Shown one piece after another: positions 1 through 8,779 of a stretch of DNA of 41,807 nucleotides; the stretch's first letter is position 1, and every line of letters starts with the position of its first letter. Made by a program: the position numbers and the translations under genes. The DNA lies in the IMG/VR virus record IMGVR_UViG_3300027608_000064, positions 1 through 41,807 of that record; one strand, written 5' to 3'. Source of the DNA: a virus (lineage: Duplodnaviria > Caudoviricetes). The notes below the pieces were generated by a model. The model did no database searches, was not told the origin of the DNA, and was given only the letters and a program-made list of their open reading frames with translations.

Positions 1-341
1 TCTAAAGTATTACCGTTTAAATCAATATTACCATTAACCATTTCTAAACGATTTGTAATTGTGGTGTTGGATGCTAAAGTATAACCGGCCGTGTTATTTA
101 ATCTTAAACCGTGGAAGGATGTGATATTTGTACCATTTATATTTTGTGATACATTTCCAGTAAATCCCCATATTGTACCAGGACCTAAATTGTTCGTTCC
201 TGTATTATTGGATAAATTGGTATTATATAAATTTATAATTGGGTTATTTGTTGATACTATATTTGTACCACTAGAGACAACTAGGGAACCTTGTGAATAA
301 ATCCACAATGGAAAAAATAATATGAGTATAAATTTTATCAT
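1..341 (-). CDS. Secreted Bacteroidota-like beta-rich protein, N-terminal part (runs off the left edge; not in the ORF track)
   Basis: ATG at 341 gives MIKFILILFFPLWIYSQGSLVVSSGTNIV...ITNRLEMVNGNIDLNGNTL, open to position 1. It has a signal peptide ending in SQ, typical of Bacteroidota exported proteins. Confidence 0.75.
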   Translation of the reverse strand, partial: MIKFILILFFPLWIYSQGSLVVSSGTNIVSTNNPIINLYNTNLSNNTGTNNLGPGTIWGFTGNVSQNINGTNITSFHGLRLNNTAGYTLASNTTITNRLEMVNGNIDLNGNTL

Positions 342-358
342 TGATTAATTGTTATAAT

Positions 359-2077
359 TTAGAATACTCTAAGTACATTTAATTGTCCTTGGTGATAATA
401 CGTTCTATTTCCGCCTGATAGATTTCTTACAAAAATGACTATAACATCATTTGCTGTTAGCTGTGCATTACTTAAATTGACATTAAATTTTGTAGCACTA
501 TTTGCAGCTGCGGCAACTGCGATTGTTGTGGTTGAAGCTATTAATGTTCCGGAACTTGTTGCTGTACTTGTTTGAGTTGTACTTCCGGCCGCATATTTTA
601 CAACATACACACCAATAGTTAATGCAGTAGTGCTTGAGTTAGTTATCCAACCCTCATATGAAGCTAGTTGATCATTACCGTCGGATATTAAAATAGCTGA
701 ATTTACTAAAGTACCTAAATTTACTGCGGTTGTCCCAGGGTTAATTGCACCATACCAAACATTACTATAAACACCAGCTCCATATATGGCATTATTATTC
801 GCTCCAGTTGTACTTGCAGTCGTTGCTGAAATGTTGTTATAAAGAGAATATTTAGAGTACTTTGTTGTCCATACTGGTGCTGATGTACCTGCAGCAATTA
901 AAACTTGTCCCGTTGTACCTGCGGCAACTCTAACCCAATCAGTACCATTGTAATACATCATATCGCCAGACGCATTTGATGTTAAATTTATTTTTGACCC
1001 ATCAATTGTATTATTTGCAATATCTACGGTTGCTATAGTTCCATCTAGTATATGAGTTGAAGTCACTTTACCTGTACCTATCGTTGGATTGGGATAAGTT
1101 CCAGTTAAATCCCCACCTGCCGAACCCCCAGGGACTGTTCCTGTAATTGTTGTATTTGTAACGGACGTTACTCTACCTTGACCATCTGTTGTTAAAACCG
1201 GTGTTTGAGTAGCCGAACCATAAGTTCCGGCTGTTCCCGTATTTGGCATTGATATTGTTCCGGTAGATGTTATAGTACCACCATCAAGTCCACTCCCTGC
1301 CGTTACACTTGTTAAAGTTCCACCACTGTTATTGTCTGTTGATGATATTGTAAAGTTAGGGTACGTTCCAGTTATTGTTGTTGCACCACCACTTGTTAAC
1401 GCCACTGTTTGGTCTGGAGCACTATTAGTTAAAGTTAGTGCTGTGGATGTACTAGATAATGAGATACCCGTACCTGCTGAAATACCTTTAGTTGATAGTG
1501 AAGAACCTGTTCCGTCATTCACAAGAGTCTCAGTCCCACCTGCCGATGTGAGAGAAACACCCGTCGTTAGGTCTGTATTGCTTATTGTAAAATTGGGATA
1601 TGTACCAGTTACTCCAATTCCTGAACCTGCAGTCAAAGCAACTGTTTGATCAGGTGAAGTATTTGTTACTGTAAAATTAGGATATGTGCCTGTAACATTT
1701 ATACCTGTACTAGGAGTTAATACTACTGTTTGATCTGGAGATGTGTTAGTTATAACATTATTTGTTATATCTATACCTGTACTTTCAGTGTATAGTGATT
1801 CGGTACCTGTTGCTAATCTAACCCATGATGAAACATCATAGAAATAAAAACCAGGTGTTCCATTAGTTTGATAAACCAATAATCCATTTGATGGTGATGT
1901 GATTGAACCTCTTTCAGATTGTGTCATTCTTGGTATTAAAATACCTTTAGATGTTGATTTAATATCCAACATTGAGGAGTTATCTGGATTACTTCCATCC
2001 GCATTTATTGAAACTCCTTGTGAAAATAAATTAAAGGATAGAAAAGTTGTAAATAAAAATATAAAAAAATGTTTCAT
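359..2077 (-). CDS. Signal-peptide-bearing Thr/Gly-rich fibre/adhesin-like protein
   Basis: Signal peptide [20 protein letters not shown]; the common Bacteroidota module [16 protein letters not shown]...GLLVYQT...GFYFYD; three repeats of TNxxPDQTVxLT...TGTYPNFT; a [13 protein letters not shown] fibre motif. Confidence 0.7.
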   Translation of the reverse strand: MKHFFIFLFTTFLSFNLFSQGVSINADGSNPDNSSMLDIKSTSKGILIPRMTQSERGSITSPSNGLLVYQTNGTPGFYFYDVSSWVRLATGTESLYTESTGIDITNNVITNTSPDQTVVLTPSTGINVTGTYPNFTVTNTSPDQTVALTAGSGIGVTGTYPNFTISNTDLTTGVSLTSAGGTETLVNDGTGSSLSTKGISAGTGISLSSTSTALTLTNSAPDQTVALTSGGATTITGTYPNFTISSTDNNSGGTLTSVTAGSGLDGGTITSTGTISMPNTGTAGTYGSATQTPVLTTDGQGRVTSVTNTTITGTVPGGSAGGDLTGTYPNPTIGTGKVTSTHILDGTIATVDIANNTIDGSKINLTSNASGDMMYYNGTDWVRVAAGTTGQVLIAAGTSAPVWTTKYSKYSLYNNISATTASTTGANNNAIYGAGVYSNVWYGAINPGTTAVNLGTLVNSAILISDGNDQLASYEGWITNSSTTALTIGVYVVKYAAGSTTQTSTATSSGTLIASTTTIAVAAAANSATKFNVNLSNAQLTANDVIVIFVRNLSGGNRTYYHQGQLNVLRVF

Positions 2078-2311
2078 AATATAGTGAAATTATTTTTTTT
2101 ATGCTCACTTGAAGAATCCTTTTTAAGGAATCCCCCATATACCACGGGCAGGTCGAGTCTTTATATAAATATACGTATAATTACGTATTTGTCTATTTAC
2201 TTCATGTTTAAATGAACATTTATTGGTTTTTAATTATAATTTGTTTGATTTACGGATATTCTCAATACCCCATAATGGTTGGAGGTTCTATATCGATCAA
2301 CAAGACATAAA

Positions 2312-2337
2312 AAAAGGGACAATAAATTGTCCCTTTT
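2312..2337 (-). terminator. Intrinsic terminator downstream of the major capsid gene
   Basis: Inverted repeat aaaagggacaat-aa-attgtccctttt with A/T tails. Confidence 0.8.
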
Positions 2338-2359
2338 GTAGTGTTATTTAAGATTTTGA

Positions 2360-4183
2360 TTATCTCAATTCTCTTAAATCAAATGTACGAACACCATCAA
2401 CTGTGATACGTCCGTAGAAACGGTTATTAACCATTTTCTTAGCGTATCTCGTCATTATTCCTTTAATCGGAGTAAAGTTGAACGGGTTATACATTGTAGG
2501 TGTTAATTGTAGAGGTACGTACGGTGCGTAAACGTAACCTGTGTCTAACAATGATGTTCCTTTGTGTCCCATTAACACTGTGTTCGGTGGGAAGTAAGGG
2601 TCACGGTAAACTTGGTAACGACCAGCTAATGTACCAACTCTTTCAATACCCATATTGTATTGATCTTGCTCAGGGGATGCGTTAGATACGTGGAAGTACT
2701 CTAAATCATCAAAGATTGCAGAAATCTCAGAAGAAACTACGATCCAGTTAGCACCACCTCTTAAAGTAGATTTGTGGATTTGTGCTGAAATTTGGTTAAT
2801 CGCAGTTAACAACGTTTGATTCCAATCTTTTTGTGTGTACTGAGTTAATGGATTTGCAGTTGTACCTCTTTTCCATCCGTTGTAATCCCAACGAAGATTC
2901 CAAGCCGCTCCTTTACGTAAGTCACGTAAAATCTCACGGTCAATCTCAGCAGCCACTTGTTCAGACAATAAAGCTGTTAATTCAGCTTCAGCATCGATGT
3001 TATGGAATGCAGAAACGTCTTGTGCTAATTCAGGAGACCATTGTGCTCTTAGTTTTCTTTCTGTAACAGATACAGTAACTGACTCAAGGTCAAAAGAAAC
3101 CTCACCAATTTGATCTTCAAATTCCATTTCTTTGTAAACTCTGTATGTTGCAGTAAATGCAGATCCAGCAGCACCATACGCAGCTCCACCAATTGTAGTT
3201 GTTAAACCTGAATAACCATCCATAGAAGCTGATCCTATTGAACAAGGAACTTGTAAATCAACTTCTAAATAGATAATACCATTTTGAGAACAAATGTTAT
3301 CATATGAACCACCATTACCTGTTGAAGGGAAAGAAGTTGATGATTGTGTTCCGTATTGTACGATACCTTTACCATATTTCTGAGTAACAACTCTAAATAA
3401 TAAGGATCCTGATCCTGCTCCTGAGAAAGGTGAACCAAAAGATGCACTTTGTTGAGAAAGGTTTGTGCTAATTCTTAAATCAGAAAGGAATGCTTCGTTA
3501 TCCATTTCTTGACCATCAGGACCTACCATTTTACCTGCACCTGCATTAGAGAAACCAGACAAACCAATAAGTACTTTTCTATACTCACCAGCAGAATAAC
3601 CTGAAGAAATTAAGTTACCCGCAGACCAAGCAACAGTACCAACCGAAGTTGAAGTGATAGCAGAAAACGTACCTTTAGAATAATCAAACAATCCTGGAGG
3701 ATCTAATTGAGCTTCATTACCTTCATAAAATCTATCATAAAGATTTTTATCGGTTGTTGAATAACCAGCTCCTTGAGCAGGACCACCATCAGCTCCAATA
3801 GGAGACAAATGTGTACCACCAGCAGTTGGGTCTTGACCTGTGTCATATCCTTGAATTTTAGGAATGAAGTAGAATAATTTACCGATAGGTAAGTTCATTG
3901 CTTGTACAGAAACTAAATCATTAGCTAATAATTTAGAGAATACACGTCTAACGATAGGAAATACTACAGTTTCAAATGAACCTGAACTATCAGTTGACGC
4001 AGCTTCGTTAATTAGGTGAGATGCTTGGTTTTCATATAATTGTGCCATGTTCTCTTTAACGTGACCTTTAAGTCCGTCTAGGAATCCTAATCGATCCCAT
4101 TTGTTAATTGTATCTTCTTTGATAACTTTAAGGTGTTTTAACCCTATGTTACCTACAAGACCTGATTCTAATAATGCTCCCAT
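2360..4183 (-). CDS. Major capsid protein (T4 gp23-like)
   Basis: Motifs VSVQAMNLPIGKLFY, RKLRAQWSPELAQDVSAFHNIDAEAELTALLSEQVAAEIDREIL and YAPYVPL...FTPIKGIMTRYA are characteristic of gp23. Confidence 0.96.
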   Translation of the reverse strand: MGALLESGLVGNIGLKHLKVIKEDTINKWDRLGFLDGLKGHVKENMAQLYENQASHLINEAASTDSSGSFETVVFPIVRRVFSKLLANDLVSVQAMNLPIGKLFYFIPKIQGYDTGQDPTAGGTHLSPIGADGGPAQGAGYSTTDKNLYDRFYEGNEAQLDPPGLFDYSKGTFSAITSTSVGTVAWSAGNLISSGYSAGEYRKVLIGLSGFSNAGAGKMVGPDGQEMDNEAFLSDLRISTNLSQQSASFGSPFSGAGSGSLLFRVVTQKYGKGIVQYGTQSSTSFPSTGNGGSYDNICSQNGIIYLEVDLQVPCSIGSASMDGYSGLTTTIGGAAYGAAGSAFTATYRVYKEMEFEDQIGEVSFDLESVTVSVTERKLRAQWSPELAQDVSAFHNIDAEAELTALLSEQVAAEIDREILRDLRKGAAWNLRWDYNGWKRGTTANPLTQYTQKDWNQTLLTAINQISAQIHKSTLRGGANWIVVSSEISAIFDDLEYFHVSNASPEQDQYNMGIERVGTLAGRYQVYRDPYFPPNTVLMGHKGTSLLDTGYVYAPYVPLQLTPTMYNPFNFTPIKGIMTRYAKKMVNNRFYGRITVDGVRTFDLRELR

Positions 4184-4256
4184 TTTTTAATTTTTAATCT
4201 GAGTTTATTTTTTATTTTATGTATATAAATATACAGTGTTTTAAAAAAGTTTATTT

Positions 4257-5933
4257 TTATTTAATTTTTGTCATCAAATCCTTCATTCTCATGAATTGCG
4301 GATTCTCGTACGTTTTACTTTCAATCAAATTAGATGATGATCCTGTTTGAGGTGTTTTGATCACTTTTCTCTGTATAGATTCTGTAACCATAGACTCAGT
4401 TCCTTTTCCGTCTAATTCTTTTTTGATTGTTTGATAAAGACTTTTAGATTCTTTTAATGATTCAACTGAATCAAATCTTCTAAGAATATTAATCTTTTCT
4501 TGTTTTGTTGTTGATTGTTCTGTGAATAAACGAGTAGAATAGGCCAAGTTTGAGTTAAATACCGCAACTTCATTTAATTTAGTTCTGAAAAAATCCAAAG
4601 CTTTTCTATACTCTTCATTTTTCTCTCTAAGTAAACTTAATTCTTTATTTGTTGACTCAACATTTAAGTGTCTTGGTGCCGTTCTTGGTTTTGGTAATCC
4701 TTTTCTTCCGAATTTTCTACCGTTACCTAACGTTCTTGATGCCTCAGTAGTTTCTGGTGAGTCAATCATTCCTTCGTTTTCTTCTTCCTTAGACCATCCT
4801 TCAAACTCTTCCTCTTCCATTTCTACTTCAGTAACTCCGTGTTTAATTGAAGGGTATTTGAATTTAGGACCATTTCCTGTCTTACCTTTACCACCTGATG
4901 TTTTATTACCATTAAAACCTTTTTGGTTAACTGATGTTTTAGCAAAACCATTACCTGGTTTACCAAACCCAATCCCAATCGCTTTAAATGATTCTAAAAC
5001 AGACTCCAACTCATCTTTATCTACTTCATAAATCGTTTCATCCATGCCATACGTTTCATCCATGTCATACATTTCATCCATGCCATACGTTTCTTCCATA
5101 CCATACGTTTCATCCATGCCATACGTTTCTTCCATACCCATATCTCTATGTCTTCTTGGCATTCTTGGTTCTTCCATATCCATATCCATATCTCTATGTC
5201 TTCTTGGCATTCTTGGTTCTTCCATATCCATATCCATATCTCTATGTCTTCTTGACATTCTTGGTTCTTCCATATCCATATCTCTATGTCTTCTTGACAT
5301 TCTTGGTTCTTCCATATCAACATCGTCAAGTTCCAACTCGAATACAGGTTGTTCTTCACCAAACTCTTCACCCATAAGACCACCATTTCTTAATGCGTCT
5401 ATATATTCATTTTCCATCATATCTTGTGGATTTTCAGACTCGTCACCCATTTGGATTAAATATTCAACATCGTTACTAGGGTCAGATAAATGGATACCTT
5501 TTTCGTCTTTTTTAACGATGATACCATCTTCATCACCCATAAGTTTGAATACCTTCATAACATCACCTATTGGTGATTGTGTCATATCTAATGGAGGTAA
5601 CTCGGCTGTTTGATTATCACCTGATAACATATCTACAGACGGCATTTTAACTTCAGGTTCTTCACCTTCAATTTCACCTTCGTCTTCAACATCCATTTCA
5701 GGTTCTTCTACGTCAACTTCTTCTTCATCTTCAGTATCCATATTTGGATCTTGTTCGTCTTGCTCACGTAGGTTTTTTGTTCTTGAGACCCCAAGGGATT
5801 CTCTTACTAATTCACTGATTTCTTCCTTCATTGTCGAAGCAAGTATTCCTTTTGCGTTTTCACTGATAGCGTTTTCGACCGCTTTAATTTGTAATAAAGC
5901 CTCTTCTACTACCGATTTTTCGTTCATACTCAT
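4257..5933 (-). CDS. Prohead core/scaffolding protein (gp22-like position), acidic, with tandem repeats
   Basis: Lies between the protease and the capsid gene. Very acidic, with a coiled-coil C-terminus ending in RMKDLMTKIK. Confidence 0.75.
   Translation of the reverse strand: MSMNEKSVVEEALLQIKAVENAISENAKGILASTMKEEISELVRESLGVSRTKNLREQDEQDPNMDTEDEEEVDVEEPEMDVEDEGEIEGEEPEVKMPSVDMLSGDNQTAELPPLDMTQSPIGDVMKVFKLMGDEDGIIVKKDEKGIHLSDPSNDVEYLIQMGDESENPQDMMENEYIDALRNGGLMGEEFGEEQPVFELELDDVDMEEPRMSRRHRDMDMEEPRMSRRHRDMDMDMEEPRMPRRHRDMDMDMEEPRMPRRHRDMGMEETYGMDETYGMEETYGMDEMYDMDETYGMDETIYEVDKDELESVLESFKAIGIGFGKPGNGFAKTSVNQKGFNGNKTSGGKGKTGNGPKFKYPSIKHGVTEVEMEEEEFEGWSKEEENEGMIDSPETTEASRTLGNGRKFGRKGLPKPRTAPRHLNVESTNKELSLLREKNEEYRKALDFFRTKLNEVAVFNSNLAYSTRLFTEQSTTKQEKINILRRFDSVESLKESKSLYQTIKKELDGKGTESMVTESIQRKVIKTPQTGSSSNLIESKTYENPQFMRMKDLMTKIK
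5032..5318 (-). repeat. Coding tandem repeats in the scaffold gene: about 4 x DMEEPRM(S/P)RRHRDM and about 6 x (Y)GM(D/E)ET
   Basis: Near-identical 39-45 bp and 18 bp units, all in frame. Confidence 0.9.
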
Positions 5934-6037
5934 TTTTTATACAATGTGTTATGCGTTTATTTTTATAGATAAATATGCCGACATAGTAAAAAAGTGATTT
6001 TATTTTACTAAACAAATGAAATAAATAAAATAAAAAC

Positions 6038-6068
6038 AAAAAAGGGACACCGATTGGTATCCCTTTTT
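6038..6068 (-). terminator. Intrinsic terminator
   Basis: aaaaaagggacac-cgattg-gtatcccttttt hairpin downstream of 6090..6302. Confidence 0.7.
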
Positions 6069-6089
6069 ATTAAGTCAGATCTAAAAAAA

Positions 6090-6302
6090 TTACTCTTCTA
6101 TAACCTCATCAATTTTACTTTCAACAATTGCAGTTATTCTCCAATCCATTGTGTAAGCTTCATACACTTTAGTTACTTTTGCCTCAACATCTGTTGGTGA
6201 ATAAGCCTTAACTAATTTCTCTTCTTTAATTTTTTTTACTTTCCCTGTGTTTTCATCCACTATATCAGTGGTTACTCTAGCTACAAAATACTTTTCATCC
6301 AT
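6090..6302 (-). CDS. Small protein, DUF4494-like
   Basis: Pattern YFVARV...ENTGKVKKIKEEKLVKAYSPTDVEAKV...I.AI.ES.I.EV resembles one Bacteroidota DUF4494 unit. Confidence 0.55.
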   Translation of the reverse strand: MDEKYFVARVTTDIVDENTGKVKKIKEEKLVKAYSPTDVEAKVTKVYEAYTMDWRITAIVESKIDEVIEE

Positions 6303-6313
6303 TTCTTATAATT

Positions 6314-7024
6314 TTATTTACCCAAATAATCGGATAATCTTTTCATTAAGTCAACAGATTTTGATAGTGGATTTGAAGTTGATTGTATATTTTCGTGTTC
6401 TATTAGTTTTTCTTCGTACTTAGGTCTGTCCTCTTTATTTAAATAAAGATATGCTCCTGGTGTTGATGGAGATGAAACCAAGTCAAAGCAAATTAATTCA
6501 AAATCATCCTGAACTTCATTTTGTTCACCTTTCTTAACTAACGAACCAACACCACGAGAAGAAACCCCCATAGTAACCCCTTGTCTCATCATATTAGCCG
6601 CAATATCACCCTTAGATGACACAATACCTCTTTCGTGAAAACCGGGGGTGGTTAATAATTTTATTTTACCCATCATTACATTATCTTCCCACCACACTTC
6701 AGTAATTAAATGCGCCACTCGATCTAAATCAATAAGTGATGATTCAGGGTGATTAAGTTCGGATATTGACATACCTTTATTAATCATTTCTTTATATCTT
6801 TCAGCTTCTCTTTTTAAAATTTTCTCAGGGTAGACTCTCCCATTCCTATTTGGAACCCCGTATTTTTGAAGGGTGGCATAAAATATAAATGGTTTTGAAT
6901 AGTCTAGTTGACCATACGACTCTTTTAATACTTGACTGTTTCTATATTCATTTGGGTTTATAATTCCAGAATCGTACTCAACAAGAATCCCCTTACCCGT
7001 ATCACTTGGTCCTAATATCTTCAT
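6314..7024 (-). CDS. Prohead maturation protease (T4 gp21-like)
   Basis: Motifs NRNGRVYP, ELNHP, GVSSRGVGS and DLVSSPSTPGAY. Confidence 0.95.
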   Translation of the reverse strand: MKILGPSDTGKGILVEYDSGIINPNEYRNSQVLKESYGQLDYSKPFIFYATLQKYGVPNRNGRVYPEKILKREAERYKEMINKGMSISELNHPESSLIDLDRVAHLITEVWWEDNVMMGKIKLLTTPGFHERGIVSSKGDIAANMMRQGVTMGVSSRGVGSLVKKGEQNEVQDDFELICFDLVSSPSTPGAYLYLNKEDRPKYEEKLIEHENIQSTSNPLSKSVDLMKRLSDYLGK

Positions 7025-7044
7025 AATCTTTTTTATGATAAATA

Positions 7045-7494
7045 TTAGGCACTTACGGTTTCTTTAATTTTTGTTCGACTTAATGTGAAATACTTTGAAT
7101 TTTTTAAGTCGTCTTTATGAATTGACTGTAAGATATTTTTAATCTTACTTCTTAAAATAACGGATTTAAAATCTATATTTTCTTTATGAATAAATAAAGT
7201 TATTTCTAAATTTAAAAAACTTTTTTTGTTTTTCTGTATTCCGCTCGTTCTTAAATCAAGATCTACAATTTGCTTTTTCTCAAATGTTGTGTGGTCAACG
7301 ACCTCTAATAGGGTGTGTAATATTTGTCTTTTTATTTCGCCCGTAATTTTTGTCCAATTATCGTAATCATCTTTTGGTTCGACCCACGTTTGTAATACTA
7401 CGTAAATTGATTTTAATTTTTTTGAGTCGACCGTCCCGTACTGACATTTTGCATCATCAAAAATGTTTAGTTTTGACGTTTTTCCTTTTTTCAT
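7045..7494 (-). CDS. Hypothetical protein in the head module
   Basis: 149-aa ORF, co-oriented with and tightly packed against its neighbours. Confidence 0.7.
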   Translation of the reverse strand: MKKGKTSKLNIFDDAKCQYGTVDSKKLKSIYVVLQTWVEPKDDYDNWTKITGEIKRQILHTLLEVVDHTTFEKKQIVDLDLRTSGIQKNKKSFLNLEITLFIHKENIDFKSVILRSKIKNILQSIHKDDLKNSKYFTLSRTKIKETVSA

Positions 7495-7599
7495 TATTCA
7501 TACCTTATCCGTTTATTGTTTAGTAAAATATAATAAAACTTTTTATGGTTGTCAAAAATTAAAAAAACACCTACTATTTATATTAAAACGACAAAAAAT

Positions 7600-7779
7600 A
7601 TGATAATTATTCCTGTAAAAAATAAAAATATAGAGCAAGCATTAAAGGCCTACAAATTTAAAATATATAAAACAAAACAAATACAACAACTACAGGAAAG
7701 AAAGGAATATAAAAAACCCTCCGTAGAACGAAGGGCTCAAATTCAAAAGGCCATATATAATCAAAAGAATCATTCCTGA
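7600..7779 (+). CDS. rpsU: Phage-encoded 30S ribosomal protein bS21 (59 aa; true start ATG 7600)
   Basis: MIIIPVKNKNIEQALKAYKFK...RKEYKKPSVERRAQIQKAIYNQ shows the bS21 pattern (I..ALK.YK.K, Y.KPS..RR) and a Flavobacterium-like C-terminal RAQIQKAxYxQ. Preceded by TATTTAT at 7575. Confidence 0.9.
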   Translation: MIIIPVKNKNIEQALKAYKFKIYKTKQIQQLQERKEYKKPSVERRAQIQKAIYNQKNHS

Positions 7780-8030
7780 TCCCTTTCTTCTTCTTTTTTA
7801 TTGGGGGTCTTTTTTGAAAAAATTGCTTCAGTAGATGTAAGACCCAAAGACCCAAAAGATAAAAGAGCGATGACATCAACCAATGATTCGTTTGGTGTTA
7901 ATTTTCCTGCTGAAAATAAAGAAACAAATAATGAGATGACTAAAGAAATTACACAAATAATACCTGTAAATCTTTTGGATGATAATGTTGTTGTTCCAGA
8001 CCCTAATAAAGACTTAAAAAACTTTTTCAT
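7770..8030 (-). CDS. Small two-TM membrane protein, holin-like
   Basis: SSKRF followed by two hydrophobic segments and a charged C-terminal tail. Confidence 0.55.
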   Translation of the reverse strand: MKKFFKSLLGSGTTTLSSKRFTGIICVISLVISLFVSLFSAGKLTPNESLVDVIALLSFGSLGLTSTEAIFSKKTPNKKEEERDQE

Positions 8031-8758
8031 AGTCCAGTTTTTAACTTTCTTAGTTTGTATAAGTTATAATGATCTACTTTAGAATCCATTATTTTATTTA
8101 TGGTGTTTTGTATAGTATCATTTAAATCACCATCTTTAGATTCGGTTAAAGTTGATCTCAACCCTTTAACCACACTTTCTTTTAGTTCTGACATTTCTTT
8201 TTTAACCTTATCCGAAGTTAATACAAGGATCTCATCTAACTCTTTACGGTCATTTTCGTTTAAATTATTGATTTCTTTTTTTAAAGCGTCGTTTGCAATT
8301 TTTACCATTGTAGAAATAGGTAAAATAACCGATTCTTTAACTATCGGGTTTACTTCTTCAGACATTAACGTTTTTTTAATTCTATTTTTAGACTCTAAAA
8401 TTGATTCTAAATTTCTAATAGATCTGTTGTAAATTGAGTTATCAATATCTTTGTAATCATTTGATGATTCCTTAATATACGACGAGACCCATCTATCTAT
8501 TTTTTTTAATAATGTTTTTGAACTTTCTATTAATATTTCTGAATATTCTAAAGTTTCGTTTAGATAATCGTCAGCAATATCTTTCGATAGTCCTTTGCTT
8601 TTTGATAGATCATCGTATATATAATACAATTCTGATATGTCTTTATTTTCTAAAACCATAATTTTTAATTCGGATATAAATCCTTTAAATTCTGGTTTTT
8701 TATAAAGTTTGGCAGAGACCCTTTCTATTTTTGTTTTGATTGTTCCAAATGTATTCAT
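8027..8758 (-). CDS. Hypothetical helical protein (head module)
   Basis: 243-aa ORF directly downstream of the portal, with its own TATTTAT motif. Confidence 0.7.
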   Translation of the reverse strand: MNTFGTIKTKIERVSAKLYKKPEFKGFISELKIMVLENKDISELYYIYDDLSKSKGLSKDIADDYLNETLEYSEILIESSKTLLKKIDRWVSSYIKESSNDYKDIDNSIYNRSIRNLESILESKNRIKKTLMSEEVNPIVKESVILPISTMVKIANDALKKEINNLNENDRKELDEILVLTSDKVKKEMSELKESVVKGLRSTLTESKDGDLNDTIQNTINKIMDSKVDHYNLYKLRKLKTGL

Positions 8759-8779
8759 ACCTTGTTTTAACTATAAATA

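Noticed and set aside
91-300. Plus-strand 69-aa ORF
   Set aside because: Antisense to the signal-peptide gene starting at 341 on the minus strand.
5032-5318. Possible CRISPR array
   Set aside because: The units are contiguous in-frame coding repeats with no unique spacers, and no cas genes are present.
4988-5613. ORFs 4988..5377, 5021..5386 and 5044..5613
   Set aside because: Alternative-frame or antisense shadows of the scaffold repeats.
7658-7879. ORFs 7658..7879 (-) and 7801..8082 (+)
   Set aside because: They overlap the better-supported bS21 and membrane-protein genes and have no recognisable features.
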